Below, piece by piece: positions 10,626-19,620 of a DNA stretch of 64,000 nucleotides. Under the pieces are notes generated by a model that had not been told where the DNA came from, did no database searches, and was given only the letters and a program-made list of their open reading frames with translations. This stretch comes from Pelagomonas calceolata (taxonomy: Eukaryota). The stretch's first letter is position 1; each line of letters opens with the position of its first letter. Position numbers and translations under genes: made by a program. The stretch lies in assembly GCA_918797485.1 (NCBI GenBank), contig CAKKNE010000006.1, positions 1,488,001 to 1,552,000 on the forward strand, in the 5' to 3' direction.

Positions 10626-11143
10626 CTAGCCGATGGGTGTCGCCACGGGGATGTCGTGTTTCTTCGCCTTGGCCTGCTGCTTCTTCTGCTTGGCCTCGGC
10701 GTTCCAGCACGAGTACGTCCAGGCGCACCACGTGATCGTCGCCGTCGGGATCCAGTCCAGGCCGGGGACACTTTCCTCGACCATGGCGACGGCTGCTCCG
10801 GCCTTCGAGTTGAACAGCTTCTTCATGAGCGCGGCGCTCGCCGGCCCGTAGATGCAGTCGAGCGCCGGCATCGACTGATCGAGAACGCCCAGAATATCAA
10901 TGAGTACGGCCGCGATGAAGAGCAGGAGGGCCTGCGCGACGGGGCGTCTGGTAGGCCGGCGGCCGCGTGTGACACTCAGAGACGATGCCTTGTGAGCGGC
11001 CGACAGCCCAACGCGTCGACTCGCCGCGGCGCGAAACGAATCTTGATGAAATTGATTGATGGCGCAGCAATATATACCTTCTTCTCCCATCCGGACAGGT
11101 CCTCCTTGCCCGTGGTGGGCACTTTAGCCGTCGCTTTGGCCAT
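10626..11143 (-). CDS. Small conserved-looking membrane protein, two exons (11143-11078, 10931-10626)
   Basis: Joining across a GT-AG intron gives MAKATAKVPTTGKEDLSGWEKK|ALLLFIAAVLIDILG...D.IYGPASA...EE.VPGLDWIPTATITW. Confidence 0.6.
10932..11077 (-). other. Spliceosomal intron, 146 nt, phase 0 (GTATAT...GCGCAG)
   Basis: Removal joins two ORF-track frames into one coherent protein. Confidence 0.6.
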
Positions 11144-11421
11144 GTCTTTTGCCTTTTCCAAATAGCCCTGGCTCTGTAAGACTGAAACTGTCCGGCACTG
11201 CTACTCCGTTACGCTATAGTGATGATCGTCCGCCGTGAGGCAGATTGACGATGCTGACTCGCCGGCGCGAGCGCTTAATCGACTGGTGGTTGCCCCGAAA
11301 ACCCGTACCAGCTGGCGGAGGGTTAGGGGGACCCTGCGACGTAATCCGCCTGAGCCTGACTTGATTAGTGAGTGCTCGTATTTACTTTTACGATTCTTAC
11401 TAAACGATCACAGATATACTA

Positions 11422-13032
11422 CTACGCGTGCGCGGCGGCCACGAAGTCGAGCCCTATCCGCAGCACCCACCAGCCGCCGAGGCCGCCTATAATTGCGGGC
11501 CGCGGCGCCGCGCGCCACGCCGACGGGACGAGCTCCAGGAGCGAGACGGCGATCATCGCGCCGGCGACGCCCAATAAAGCCAGCTCCAGCACCTCCGGCG
11601 ACAGGAACGGCGATAATACGGCGGCGGACAACCCGGCGGCCAGCGGCTCGACCAAGCCCGTCGCGGCGGCCACGACGAACGCCCGCTCGCGCGACCGCGT
11701 CGCCGCATACACCGACGAAGCCACCGCGACGCCCTCGGGGACGTTGTGCATGCCAATCGCGAAGGCCATCAATGCTGCTCTTCCGGTATCCTCGTGGGCC
11801 GCCGCGACGCCCACAGCTAACCCTTCAGGGGCATTATGCGCCGCCAAAGCCAGCGTGACGAGCCACGCGGTTCTAGCTGCTGTCGCGTCCTTGAGCTCCT
11901 CGTCTGATCTACTTCTACGCAGCGGCGCCTCATCTAGCAGTAGCGTGGCATCATCACACGAAGCTAACAACGACTTGAGGGCGTGGACGCAGAGAGCACC
12001 CCCGAGAAACGCCCCGACGGCTTTATATGATCCGCCCGCCTTCGCTCCTCGCTCATAATAGTGCGGCAGGGCAATATCCAATACGGCCAACGCCAACATG
12101 ACGCCCGCCGCGAACCCCAACGCCGCGCCGTCAAAGCGCCGCGCTTTCCGCGGCGCGCACGCGACGACGAGGCCACCGACCGCCGTAGCCCCGCCCGCCA
12201 CGACGGACCAGGCCAAGGCAGCTAAGACCCGTCCGGCGTGGTCCGGCTCGTGCGCCGCCCAGTCCAGCGTCATGCGAAACCCCTCGAATAAACCGCACGC
12301 TAGAGTCGTATATGACGCGACGTCGTCGGATGAAGCCGTCTCGAGGGCTTCCGGGATCATCTCGCCTATCACCACGGATATCATGCAGCCCGCGGCGAAG
12401 CCCAGGCAGAGAGGGTGGAGCGGCGCATAGAGGTTGCAGAAGAGGAATGCGGGTGCCGCCGCGAGGAGCTGCGGCGCTGAGGTCAACACGGCCCACCACG
12501 TCGCGCGGCCCGGCCCGACGCCTCTTGCAACCAAAGCAAGGGCAACGCCGAAGCCCTCGGGGATATTGTGCGCGCCGATGGCCGTGGCCACGAGAGCGCC
12601 CCTCCGGACCCCGGACGCCTCTCCAGCAGAACGTGCGTAGGCCACGCCGACGCCGGCGCCTTCACTGATCGAATGCAAAGCCATCGTCGCGAGAAACACG
12701 TGCAGGCCCCGCTTCTTCTCGCCGAGCAGATCGTGGCCTTCCTCCATAAACGAGCGCGACCACCGCACGAACAGCGCTCCTAGTAATAACCCGCAGACGC
12801 AGCCTCGCGGGCCATTATGCGCCTCGTAGACCATCGTATACGACGCCGACAGCATGACGCCGGCGGACAGGGCGTTCGCGAGGCCCGCCGCTCGCTTACT
12901 GAGTCCCTTGGGCACGAAGAAAAAGGGCAAACCGCCCAAGCCGCCAGCGAGGACCATGAGTAAAGATGCGCCGAGGACCGTGTAGACCGATGCGGGAGCG
13001 TCTCCCTCGACGTGGTGGGGGAAGGCGCCCAT
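11422..13032 (-). CDS. ZIP-family (GufA/ZupT-type) metal transporter with two tandem ZIP domains
   Basis: Two sets of TM4/TM5 motifs: LHSISEG/HNIPEG and HNAPEG/HNVPEG. Confidence 0.85.
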   Translation of the reverse strand: MGAFPHHVEGDAPASVYTVLGASLLMVLAGGLGGLPFFFVPKGLSKRAAGLANALSAGVMLSASYTMVYEAHNGPRGCVCGLLLGALFVRWSRSFMEEGHDLLGEKKRGLHVFLATMALHSISEGAGVGVAYARSAGEASGVRRGALVATAIGAHNIPEGFGVALALVARGVGPGRATWWAVLTSAPQLLAAAPAFLFCNLYAPLHPLCLGFAAGCMISVVIGEMIPEALETASSDDVASYTTLACGLFEGFRMTLDWAAHEPDHAGRVLAALAWSVVAGGATAVGGLVVACAPRKARRFDGAALGFAAGVMLALAVLDIALPHYYERGAKAGGSYKAVGAFLGGALCVHALKSLLASCDDATLLLDEAPLRRSRSDEELKDATAARTAWLVTLALAAHNAPEGLAVGVAAAHEDTGRAALMAFAIGMHNVPEGVAVASSVYAATRSRERAFVVAAATGLVEPLAAGLSAAVLSPFLSPEVLELALLGVAGAMIAVSLLELVPSAWRAAPRPAIIGGLGGWWVLRIGLDFVAAAHA

Positions 13033-13196
13033 GCCTATCCTGTTTAGCACTCCTCAGCACCGGTGTGTTATGCGCAGCGATTGCGGCAGCAGCCTGAACG
13101 ACTGTACACAGCGCACGGATGAGACTCCGTCAAGCGTGTGTACCGATATTATCGGTGCCCTGCCGCATACAATTTTGCCGAGATCACAATCGTGAG

Positions 13197-13218
13197 CTAG
13201 CGGCCTGTAAGACACTAG
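13197..13218 (+). promoter_or_regulatory. CTAG-N14-CTAG upstream motif copy (consensus-like)
   Basis: ctagcggcctgtaagacactag, 165 bp upstream of the ZIP start. Confidence 0.65.
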
Positions 13219-13281
13219 CAAAACGAGATTTCACGATGCGACAGCCTGACGCCATCGACGCGGGAATATAGACATCAAACT

Positions 13282-14028
13282 TTAAGACCCAGCCTCGCCG
13301 GGCGTCTCGCAAACCACCTCCACGCCGTCGGCGTCAGGACCAAGCACCGCATTCACAAGGGCCTGGCGCTTCTCCGGCGCGAGGCCCTCGAAGCAGGCCG
13401 CAACGACGCGCACGCCGGAACCGCTCGCCTCGACGGCCGTGGGCTGGAGCGCCGCTAATTTCGCCGATAGCGCGTCCACGTCGATGGCGCCGCCGACGGT
13501 CCCGCCGGACAGGGCAGCGACCTTCGCCTTCACGACCCCCAACATGTTCACGAAGCCGTTGTTCCGTCCGGGCGTTAATGATGCTGCCACACCACACTCC
13601 TTGATGAACGACGCGTCGACGCTCAGAATTTCCTCCGGCAAAGCGCCGCTCAAGCCCTTCACGAGCAACACTACTAAACCTTTGGTCAGCTGCGCGTCCG
13701 AGTCGCCTTGTAGTAGTACAGTACCGTCCTCGTCTAGGGACGCGACCACGTAGACCGTCGACAGGCACCCAGGGACCTTGTTGGATTCAATTTGATCCGA
13801 AGCAGGTAAGGAGGGCGCCTCCTGGGCCCAGTGCAACAGCTGCTTATACCTGTACTTGTCGTCGGGCAGGCCCGCCATGGCGGTGACCAACGTGTCGAGC
13901 TTCGCCGGGCGGGCCGCGGTGGCCGTGGCCCGCATTCTTATCCGGTGCCGCCGGCTCGTGTGTTTTGTTGGTGTGTAGTGCAGGGCCTGGCACGTTATGA
14001 AGAGCGCGGCGACGCGTTTCCAGGCCAT
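13282..14028 (-). CDS. sufE: Plastid SufE (Fe-S assembly sulfur acceptor) with C-terminal BolA-like domain
   Basis: RYKQLLHWA, NKVPGCLSTVY, GDSDAQLTKGL, SLTPGRNNGFVNML; BolA-like VVAACFEGL...KRQALVNAVL; bipartite-like presequence. Confidence 0.85.
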   Translation of the reverse strand: MAWKRVAALFITCQALHYTPTKHTSRRHRIRMRATATAARPAKLDTLVTAMAGLPDDKYRYKQLLHWAQEAPSLPASDQIESNKVPGCLSTVYVVASLDEDGTVLLQGDSDAQLTKGLVVLLVKGLSGALPEEILSVDASFIKECGVAASLTPGRNNGFVNMLGVVKAKVAALSGGTVGGAIDVDALSAKLAALQPTAVEASGSGVRVVAACFEGLAPEKRQALVNAVLGPDADGVEVVCETPGEAGS

Positions 14029-14384
14029 GATGTCAGATGCTGTAGGGAGAGCTTTTGTTGTGTGCTGGTTGTTAGCGCTGCTCGCTTAGGATACGGCTGC
14101 AGCGTGCGGACGCGGCGACGCTGACGCAGTCGTGTGGGTCAAATGTTATCTCTATGAGCCGAGCAGCGTGGTTTGCAGCCGCAGGCTCCACAGCCTGCAG
14201 CGGGTTTTACTCGAATCGATTTACCCGCAAAGCAAGAATAAACGGACCGAGGGCTCTTTAAAGTGGCGAAGACCGCTCCGGCCCCCTGGTTCGGAGGGGG
14301 GGTCAAGCGCACACTCAGAGGCTGGCTTGTCATCAGCTGGCATTGGTCCGGCGCGAACTCACGTTTCGTGACGATTCAGCAACC

Positions 14385-15248
14385 ATGGCGCGACGATTAG
14401 TTGTCCTCAGTGCTCTCACGGCCACGTCGGCGCTCGTCGCGCCGCGGAGCCTGAGCCCCGCCACGCCCCGCAGCACCACTCCCACCAATGCGCCGCGGGA
14501 GCTCGTCGTTTTGAATAATGACGGCGGCGGCAAGATCATGGGCGGCGGTTTTAATGCGGCGGGCGAGCCGCCCATCAAGATCCGGGGCTTCTCCCTGGCC
14601 ACGGCGGCGCTCGCCGCCGGCGCGCTCATCACTTTATCTAGTTTCGCCGCCTTCTTCACGTCGGGCGGCGGCGGCGGCACGGCGTCCGTGTCGTCGCTGG
14701 GCTTCATCTACGGCATCCCCACGCTGCTGGTGGGCGCTGCTTTAGCGTACGCCGAGCTGGAGCCGGTCCCCGTCACTTACGACGGTTCCGAATCTAAATT
14801 AGAAGCTCTATTCGAGCGCAAGGCGAACGAGGCCATGCGCAAGGTGAGGGAAGATGTCACTAGACATCGTTACGGCGACGACGCCCACTTGGACACCACC
14901 ACGAAAGCTTTAGGGTTGGTCGAGCCCGGGCGACCCTACCCGATCTTGCTCGAGGTCAAGTTGGGCGAGACGAGCAAGGGCGAGCTCTCGTACTCCATGA
15001 TCTTCAACGCGCCGGAGGCCCCTTTTTCGTTGTGGGCCGACGAGAAACGCGTGCGCAAGTACGAGACCTTCTTCGGGCCGGACATCGACGCCGAGGTTGT
15101 GAAAGTAGACGCCGAGAAGCGCGTCGTCGCCATCGTGCTGGCGACGAACAGCGGGACGCCGGGTGCCTCGGGTCTGAAGGACGAGGAGGTCGCAGTCGAG
15201 TTCACGGGCGCGGTGCCCGACGTGCTCCCGGCGCGGAACCGCTCCTAG
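14385..15248 (+). CDS. Thylakoid DUF2854 / APE1-like protein
   Basis: GFIYGIPTLLVGAALAYAELEPVP, VREDVTRHRYGDDAHLD, FFGPD.DA; plastid-type presequence. Confidence 0.8.
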   Translation: MARRLVVLSALTATSALVAPRSLSPATPRSTTPTNAPRELVVLNNDGGGKIMGGGFNAAGEPPIKIRGFSLATAALAAGALITLSSFAAFFTSGGGGGTASVSSLGFIYGIPTLLVGAALAYAELEPVPVTYDGSESKLEALFERKANEAMRKVREDVTRHRYGDDAHLDTTTKALGLVEPGRPYPILLEVKLGETSKGELSYSMIFNAPEAPFSLWADEKRVRKYETFFGPDIDAEVVKVDAEKRVVAIVLATNSGTPGASGLKDEEVAVEFTGAVPDVLPARNRS

Positions 15249-15345
15249 GCTTGTTGACCATGGGGGTGGCGCTAAGAGGTGTTGAATAACGAGTTTCTTT
15301 TACATTGCTACGGTGCTAGGGCTCGTGGGCGGAGCGGCTCGCTTG

Positions 15346-15367
15346 CTAGTGTCTTACGGGACGCTAG
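15346..15367 (-). promoter_or_regulatory. CTAG-N14-CTAG upstream motif copy
   Basis: ctagtgtcttacgggacgctag, about 140 bp upstream of ATG 15508. Confidence 0.65.
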
Positions 15368-15507
15368 CTCGATTTTCGAGCTTGGTTTTTTGCCGCGACC
15401 CACACGCATCGATTGATGTAAGGGCGGCGCTGGGTTCTTTACCATTCATTTTGAACGCTGCGACCCACGGCAGCGCGTGCTATTACGATTGTGAGCATTG
15501 GGGCAGC

Positions 15508-17055
15508 ATGCCTCCCAAGGAGAAGAGGGCACGCACCGAGCCGCCGCCGGAGCACACAACAGTCGCGCGCACCGGGCGGGTGCCCCTGGTCGCAACATTC
15601 CACATCGGTTCCCGTCATGGTGACGTCCGGCGCTGCAAAACGAAGGCCGAGCTTGTCAGCGCCATCGAGGATTATCAAGTAACGCGTCCATTGACGGACG
15701 AGCTGGTCCGCAACCCGGTCGCGGACTGGAAGGTCGTTTACCGGGACGCGCTGGACGACGCGACGTCATCACTAATCGCGGCCGACCCCACGGCAGAGGC
15801 ACTCATGGGTCCCGGCCCGGGCGGCGCGTGGGCGTTCTTCCTCGACCGGCCGAACCCGGACGACTACGCGCCGGACGACGGAGATTTCTGGGTGCTCGAA
15901 CTGAAGTTCGAGCGCGACGTCGTCATTACCGCGGTGAGCCTCGAGGGCTTCACGTTCGGGCACACGCGCCTCGAGCTGAAGGCGGTCGCAAACCAAGGCG
16001 AGACGCCGGGCTTTGACCGCTTGATCGACGAGTCGCGTTGTTTTTACGGACCCGACACCGTCGCTGAATTCGACCTGCCCTGTCGAAGCGCCGATGACAT
16101 GCCTGGCGCGGAGGTCCTCGACCAGCGCGACCCGGCGCAACGGGCAGCGTTCTGCCGGAGCGTCGCCCGCGGCCAGATGATCAAAGCGCTTTCGGCTAAT
16201 GACTCAGAGCCCTCGGTCGCCGGCCGCCACTTTCGCCTCAGAGAGCGCCGCGACATGGACCAGGACCGCGCCCTAGAAGCCAGGGTCCGGGGCGGTTTTC
16301 CGGAAAACCTGTCCCGCGTCCTCGTCCGGAGCCGGGTCAGCGTCGCGTACGAGGAGGTGTTTCCGGGCGCCCCGGGCGCGGCCTCGTTCCTGCGCGACCT
16401 CCACGCGCTCCAGGCCGACGAGGCGTTCCACGACTGCGTGCTGCGCGGTGCTACATCTGAAGGCTCCGTTGACGTGAGTTCCTGTCGCTTCCTGCTTGCG
16501 GCGCGCTCGGAGTATTTTCGCGCGCTGTTCTTCGGACCGATGGCCACGACGGAGCGCGTCGTGGACGTCGGGGAGATCCCGTCCGCGGAGGCACTGCGCG
16601 GCATCGTGAAGTTCCTGTCGACCGGCCAACCGGACCGCTGCGATAGTTTCGTGGCGGCCGTCGAGCTCTTCGCGTTGGCGCACCGCTTTTCCCTTTTCGA
16701 CCTCGCGGAGTCGATCCTCTACTGCCTGCAAGACATCGACGAAATGAACATGTGGGGCATCCAGAACTTGCTTCCCCGCGCGAGTCAGCATGAGGCCAAC
16801 GACCCAAAGTTCTCGGGCAGCGCCATCGTTGCAGCGCTGACTCGGGCGGGCGAGCTCCACGTCGAGGATTGCGCGACGCCGCTCTTCAGCGTCCTCGCGA
16901 CGACGGATCGGCGCGCGGTCGCGCACACGGACGAGTTCAAGGCGTTCGGGTTGCGATTTCCCGAGCTCGCCACGGCGTATTCCCGGATGCTCACGCAGTA
17001 CATCACGAACAAGGAGAAGCAGGAAGACCTTCGGCGCCGGCGGGGATGGGGATAA
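15508..17055 (+). CDS. BTB/POZ-domain protein
   Basis: FHDCVL...SCRFLLAARSEYFRALFFGPM...ALRGIVKFLSTG...LFALAHRF. Confidence 0.75.
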   Translation: MPPKEKRARTEPPPEHTTVARTGRVPLVATFHIGSRHGDVRRCKTKAELVSAIEDYQVTRPLTDELVRNPVADWKVVYRDALDDATSSLIAADPTAEALMGPGPGGAWAFFLDRPNPDDYAPDDGDFWVLELKFERDVVITAVSLEGFTFGHTRLELKAVANQGETPGFDRLIDESRCFYGPDTVAEFDLPCRSADDMPGAEVLDQRDPAQRAAFCRSVARGQMIKALSANDSEPSVAGRHFRLRERRDMDQDRALEARVRGGFPENLSRVLVRSRVSVAYEEVFPGAPGAASFLRDLHALQADEAFHDCVLRGATSEGSVDVSSCRFLLAARSEYFRALFFGPMATTERVVDVGEIPSAEALRGIVKFLSTGQPDRCDSFVAAVELFALAHRFSLFDLAESILYCLQDIDEMNMWGIQNLLPRASQHEANDPKFSGSAIVAALTRAGELHVEDCATPLFSVLATTDRRAVAHTDEFKAFGLRFPELATAYSRMLTQYITNKEKQEDLRRRRGWG

Positions 17056-17078
17056 AATAATACTAGTCACATCATAAC

Positions 17079-17948
17079 TCATGCTACGCCGAGGTCCTCG
17101 TACGTCCGCACGACCGCCGCCGCCGCGTCTGCTAACAGTGGCGCATGGAAGCCGCGGAGACCGTCGGCGAGCGGGTCCTCGGCGGCGCGCAGGCCTCTTA
17201 TTAAGTTCGCCGCGGCGCGCTCGCCGGAGATGGCCGGCGGCAGATGAGCGTCGGCGTATTTCACGCACCGTGCCGTCAAAAGGTGCGGCAGATCGACGTC
17301 TTGTCCCCCGGCGCGCAGGGCGTCCAAGGACTCCGAGAAGGCGTGGCGCTTGCTGCGATTGAGGCCGTCGTCGAGCAGGTGCAGGTTCTCGAGCGAATTT
17401 TGCACGGAGGCGACCGAGTCGCAGAGCTTCCGCAGGGCGCCGTGCCGGGAGACCTTTCCATCGATGAAGGCCTCCTCGCGGTAGAAGCGATGCCAGCTTT
17501 CGCACTGCGTCAGACTATGGCCCATGGCCTGACATTCGAAGGCGTGGTCGACGTCGGTGCGTGGCCGCCGTGACCTCAAATAGTAGCAGTGCTCGCCGTC
17601 ACGATCGACGATGTCGCTCCGCAGCCGCCTCACGTTCCTGTCCCTAACTGCGTCGCCGAGGCTCCTCCGGAGCTGGTAGAGCTCGACGGGGAGGCCTCTA
17701 ATATTGGTCACGACGCGGCGCGGCGGCGGCGGCGGCGGCGGCGGTCGTGGCTTGCGTTGCGGCAGGCAAACGAAGCGCCGCAGACTCCGGCGGCGCGGCT
17801 TCAGCCGCGGCGGCGGCGGCGGCATCAGCGGCGGGTTGGGATGCTTGGCCGCACCGCCTTTTAAGTTTGCGGCGACGTAGCGCCGCGCTCGGACGCACGA
17901 ACATTGGCGCACCGTGCGATTCGGCGCGCCGCAGTAGCCGCATGGCAT
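17079..17948 (-). CDS. Hypothetical protein with N-terminal Cys knuckle and possible HNH-like motif
   Basis: CGYCGAPNRTVRQC; DVDHAFECQ...NSLENLHLL...LNRSK. Confidence 0.5.
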   Translation of the reverse strand: MPCGYCGAPNRTVRQCSCVRARRYVAANLKGGAAKHPNPPLMPPPPPRLKPRRRSLRRFVCLPQRKPRPPPPPPPPRRVVTNIRGLPVELYQLRRSLGDAVRDRNVRRLRSDIVDRDGEHCYYLRSRRPRTDVDHAFECQAMGHSLTQCESWHRFYREEAFIDGKVSRHGALRKLCDSVASVQNSLENLHLLDDGLNRSKRHAFSESLDALRAGGQDVDLPHLLTARCVKYADAHLPPAISGERAAANLIRGLRAAEDPLADGLRGFHAPLLADAAAAVVRTYEDLGVA

Positions 17949-18214
17949 TGTCGCCTCCTCTACTGTTCTTCTCCGCGTCGTGCGCGCGTACGCGGAGTCC
18001 TCGGCGGTCGCGTGTCAGTGCGTTTCGCACCACGTCCGAAAAAACTGTTGCACACTGCAGCACGCTCTCCGGCTGTTTTGAGCAGTATTGTCCTCCGGAC
18101 CGCCGGGATCGCTGTCAGACCGTAGCCGCGGATCAGGAGGACTGCCCGCGCGTCGCTGATAACAGCTATGCGCAGCACGCTGCGTAGCAGACGCTTTGTT
18201 CGGCCGAGCGCTTG

Positions 18215-18235
18215 CTAGCGGCGGTAAGTCACTAG
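18215..18235 (+). promoter_or_regulatory. CTAG-N13-CTAG upstream motif copy
   Basis: ctagcggcggtaagtcactag between divergent starts 17948 and 18363. Confidence 0.6.
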
Positions 18236-18362
18236 CAAAAAGCGCTGTGGAAAGCGGAAATCACTCCCGCTGCGGCCTAAATCTCTGGTATCCAGTACCG
18301 TGGGCAGCCGCGACACACGCAACGCGCCGCCGCCGCGCCGGACAACAGATTAAGGCAGCCCA

Positions 18363-19214
18363 ATGGCACGCCTCGCAGCGCTCCTCGTCACGACCGCCTG
18401 GGCACGGAGCCCGCTCGAGATGCTGTGCGACGGCGACCGTCTCATAGTGGTCGCGGGCTACCACCACTCGGGCACCTCCATCCTGCAAGCCCAGCTCGCG
18501 CGGCGGCTCGGCCTGCCCGTGCCGACCACGACCGACGAAAGGTGGCCGACGGACCACCACGAGGAGGCGTGCTCGCCGGAGTGGTCCGTCTTCCGGACGC
18601 GTTTGAGTGGTCTCCGCGACGTGCACCGCTTCGCGCGGCTGCGGAACCGGTTCCCCGCGGCGAGGCTGGTCTTCTGCACGCGCGACGCCCCGAACCAGAT
18701 CTGGTCCCTGATGCGGCGCGCGTGCGCCGAGTCGCCTCGGTTGGCGACGTATTTGGCAAAACAAAGATGCCAGGTCCTGGAGAAAGAAGCGCGGTGGCGG
18801 CGGCCGGGCGCGCGCGACTGGACCGTGGACCTGGCGGATTTCGCCGTGGACTCGCGGAGCATCCTGCAGCAGGTCGTGCCCGGTCACCTGGCGTCGCCGG
18901 ACGCGCCGTCGTTGTTCATCGAGAGCGCCGCGGTGCGCGTGCCGTCCTTCAACAACAACGACGGGTTGCGACGGTGGCAGGTGCGGCAGCCCGTCTACGC
19001 GTACGAGCGGAGCCGCTTCGCGCGCGAGGGCGGCGCGTTGGTGCCGCTCCTGCGGTCGCTCGGCGACTGCGCGCGCGTCCGCGCGATGCCGCCCCTGAGC
19101 CTCGGCGAGCGCAAGGCGCTGTCGCGGAACAACTGCTCGGGGGGCGGTACTAGGGCGAAGTTCCCCGCGGACCTGCTGTTTCCCAGCGTGCGGCGGCCGC
19201 GCGGCGGGTACTAA
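18363..19214 (+). CDS. Secretory sulfotransferase-like P-loop protein
   Basis: Signal peptide; 5'-PSB-like IVVAGYHHSGTSIL; 3'-PB-like FPAARLVFCTRDA...IWSL. Confidence 0.6.
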   Translation: MARLAALLVTTAWARSPLEMLCDGDRLIVVAGYHHSGTSILQAQLARRLGLPVPTTTDERWPTDHHEEACSPEWSVFRTRLSGLRDVHRFARLRNRFPAARLVFCTRDAPNQIWSLMRRACAESPRLATYLAKQRCQVLEKEARWRRPGARDWTVDLADFAVDSRSILQQVVPGHLASPDAPSLFIESAAVRVPSFNNNDGLRRWQVRQPVYAYERSRFAREGGALVPLLRSLGDCARVRAMPPLSLGERKALSRNNCSGGGTRAKFPADLLFPSVRRPRGGY

Positions 19215-19620
19215 GTCTTGTTGTTGCGTTCCTCTTTGCGGGGCTGGGGCAAGTGGGGGGTGGTGTCGATTCGTCGGCGTCGGGCGGCCGCGTCTTTCAT
19301 AACAGCATACACCCGTCTAAGCAACGTCCGCACCCGAGCAATGTGGAACGTTCGCCCTTTCTATCACCCTATCGCGCGCGTCTCCCCGCATGGCGCGCGA
19401 TGGCTATACCTATAAAGCTAGTGCCTCTTCTAGCTCCAAAACATAATTCGTGGCCTCTCCAGGCATCCGCCTCGCGCACTGGCCACGCCTGCCGGGCGAC
19501 GCAGTTAGCGCTCTAGTTTCTTACTACTTTTCGCCGACAGCGTACGCTTACGCTGCGTCGCTGCCTGGAAAAGCCACACCGCTATAGCCTCCCTCCTCGC
19601 CAGCTGCACGCGCGGCACGC

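Noticed and set aside
14260..14315. Hairpin containing ggttcg resembling a tRNA T-arm
   Set aside because: No cloverleaf or A-box can be built.
19418..19433. ctagtgcctcttctag as an upstream-motif copy
   Set aside because: Spacer is only 8 nt and the core match is weak; the position upstream of 19621 is suggestive but it was not counted.
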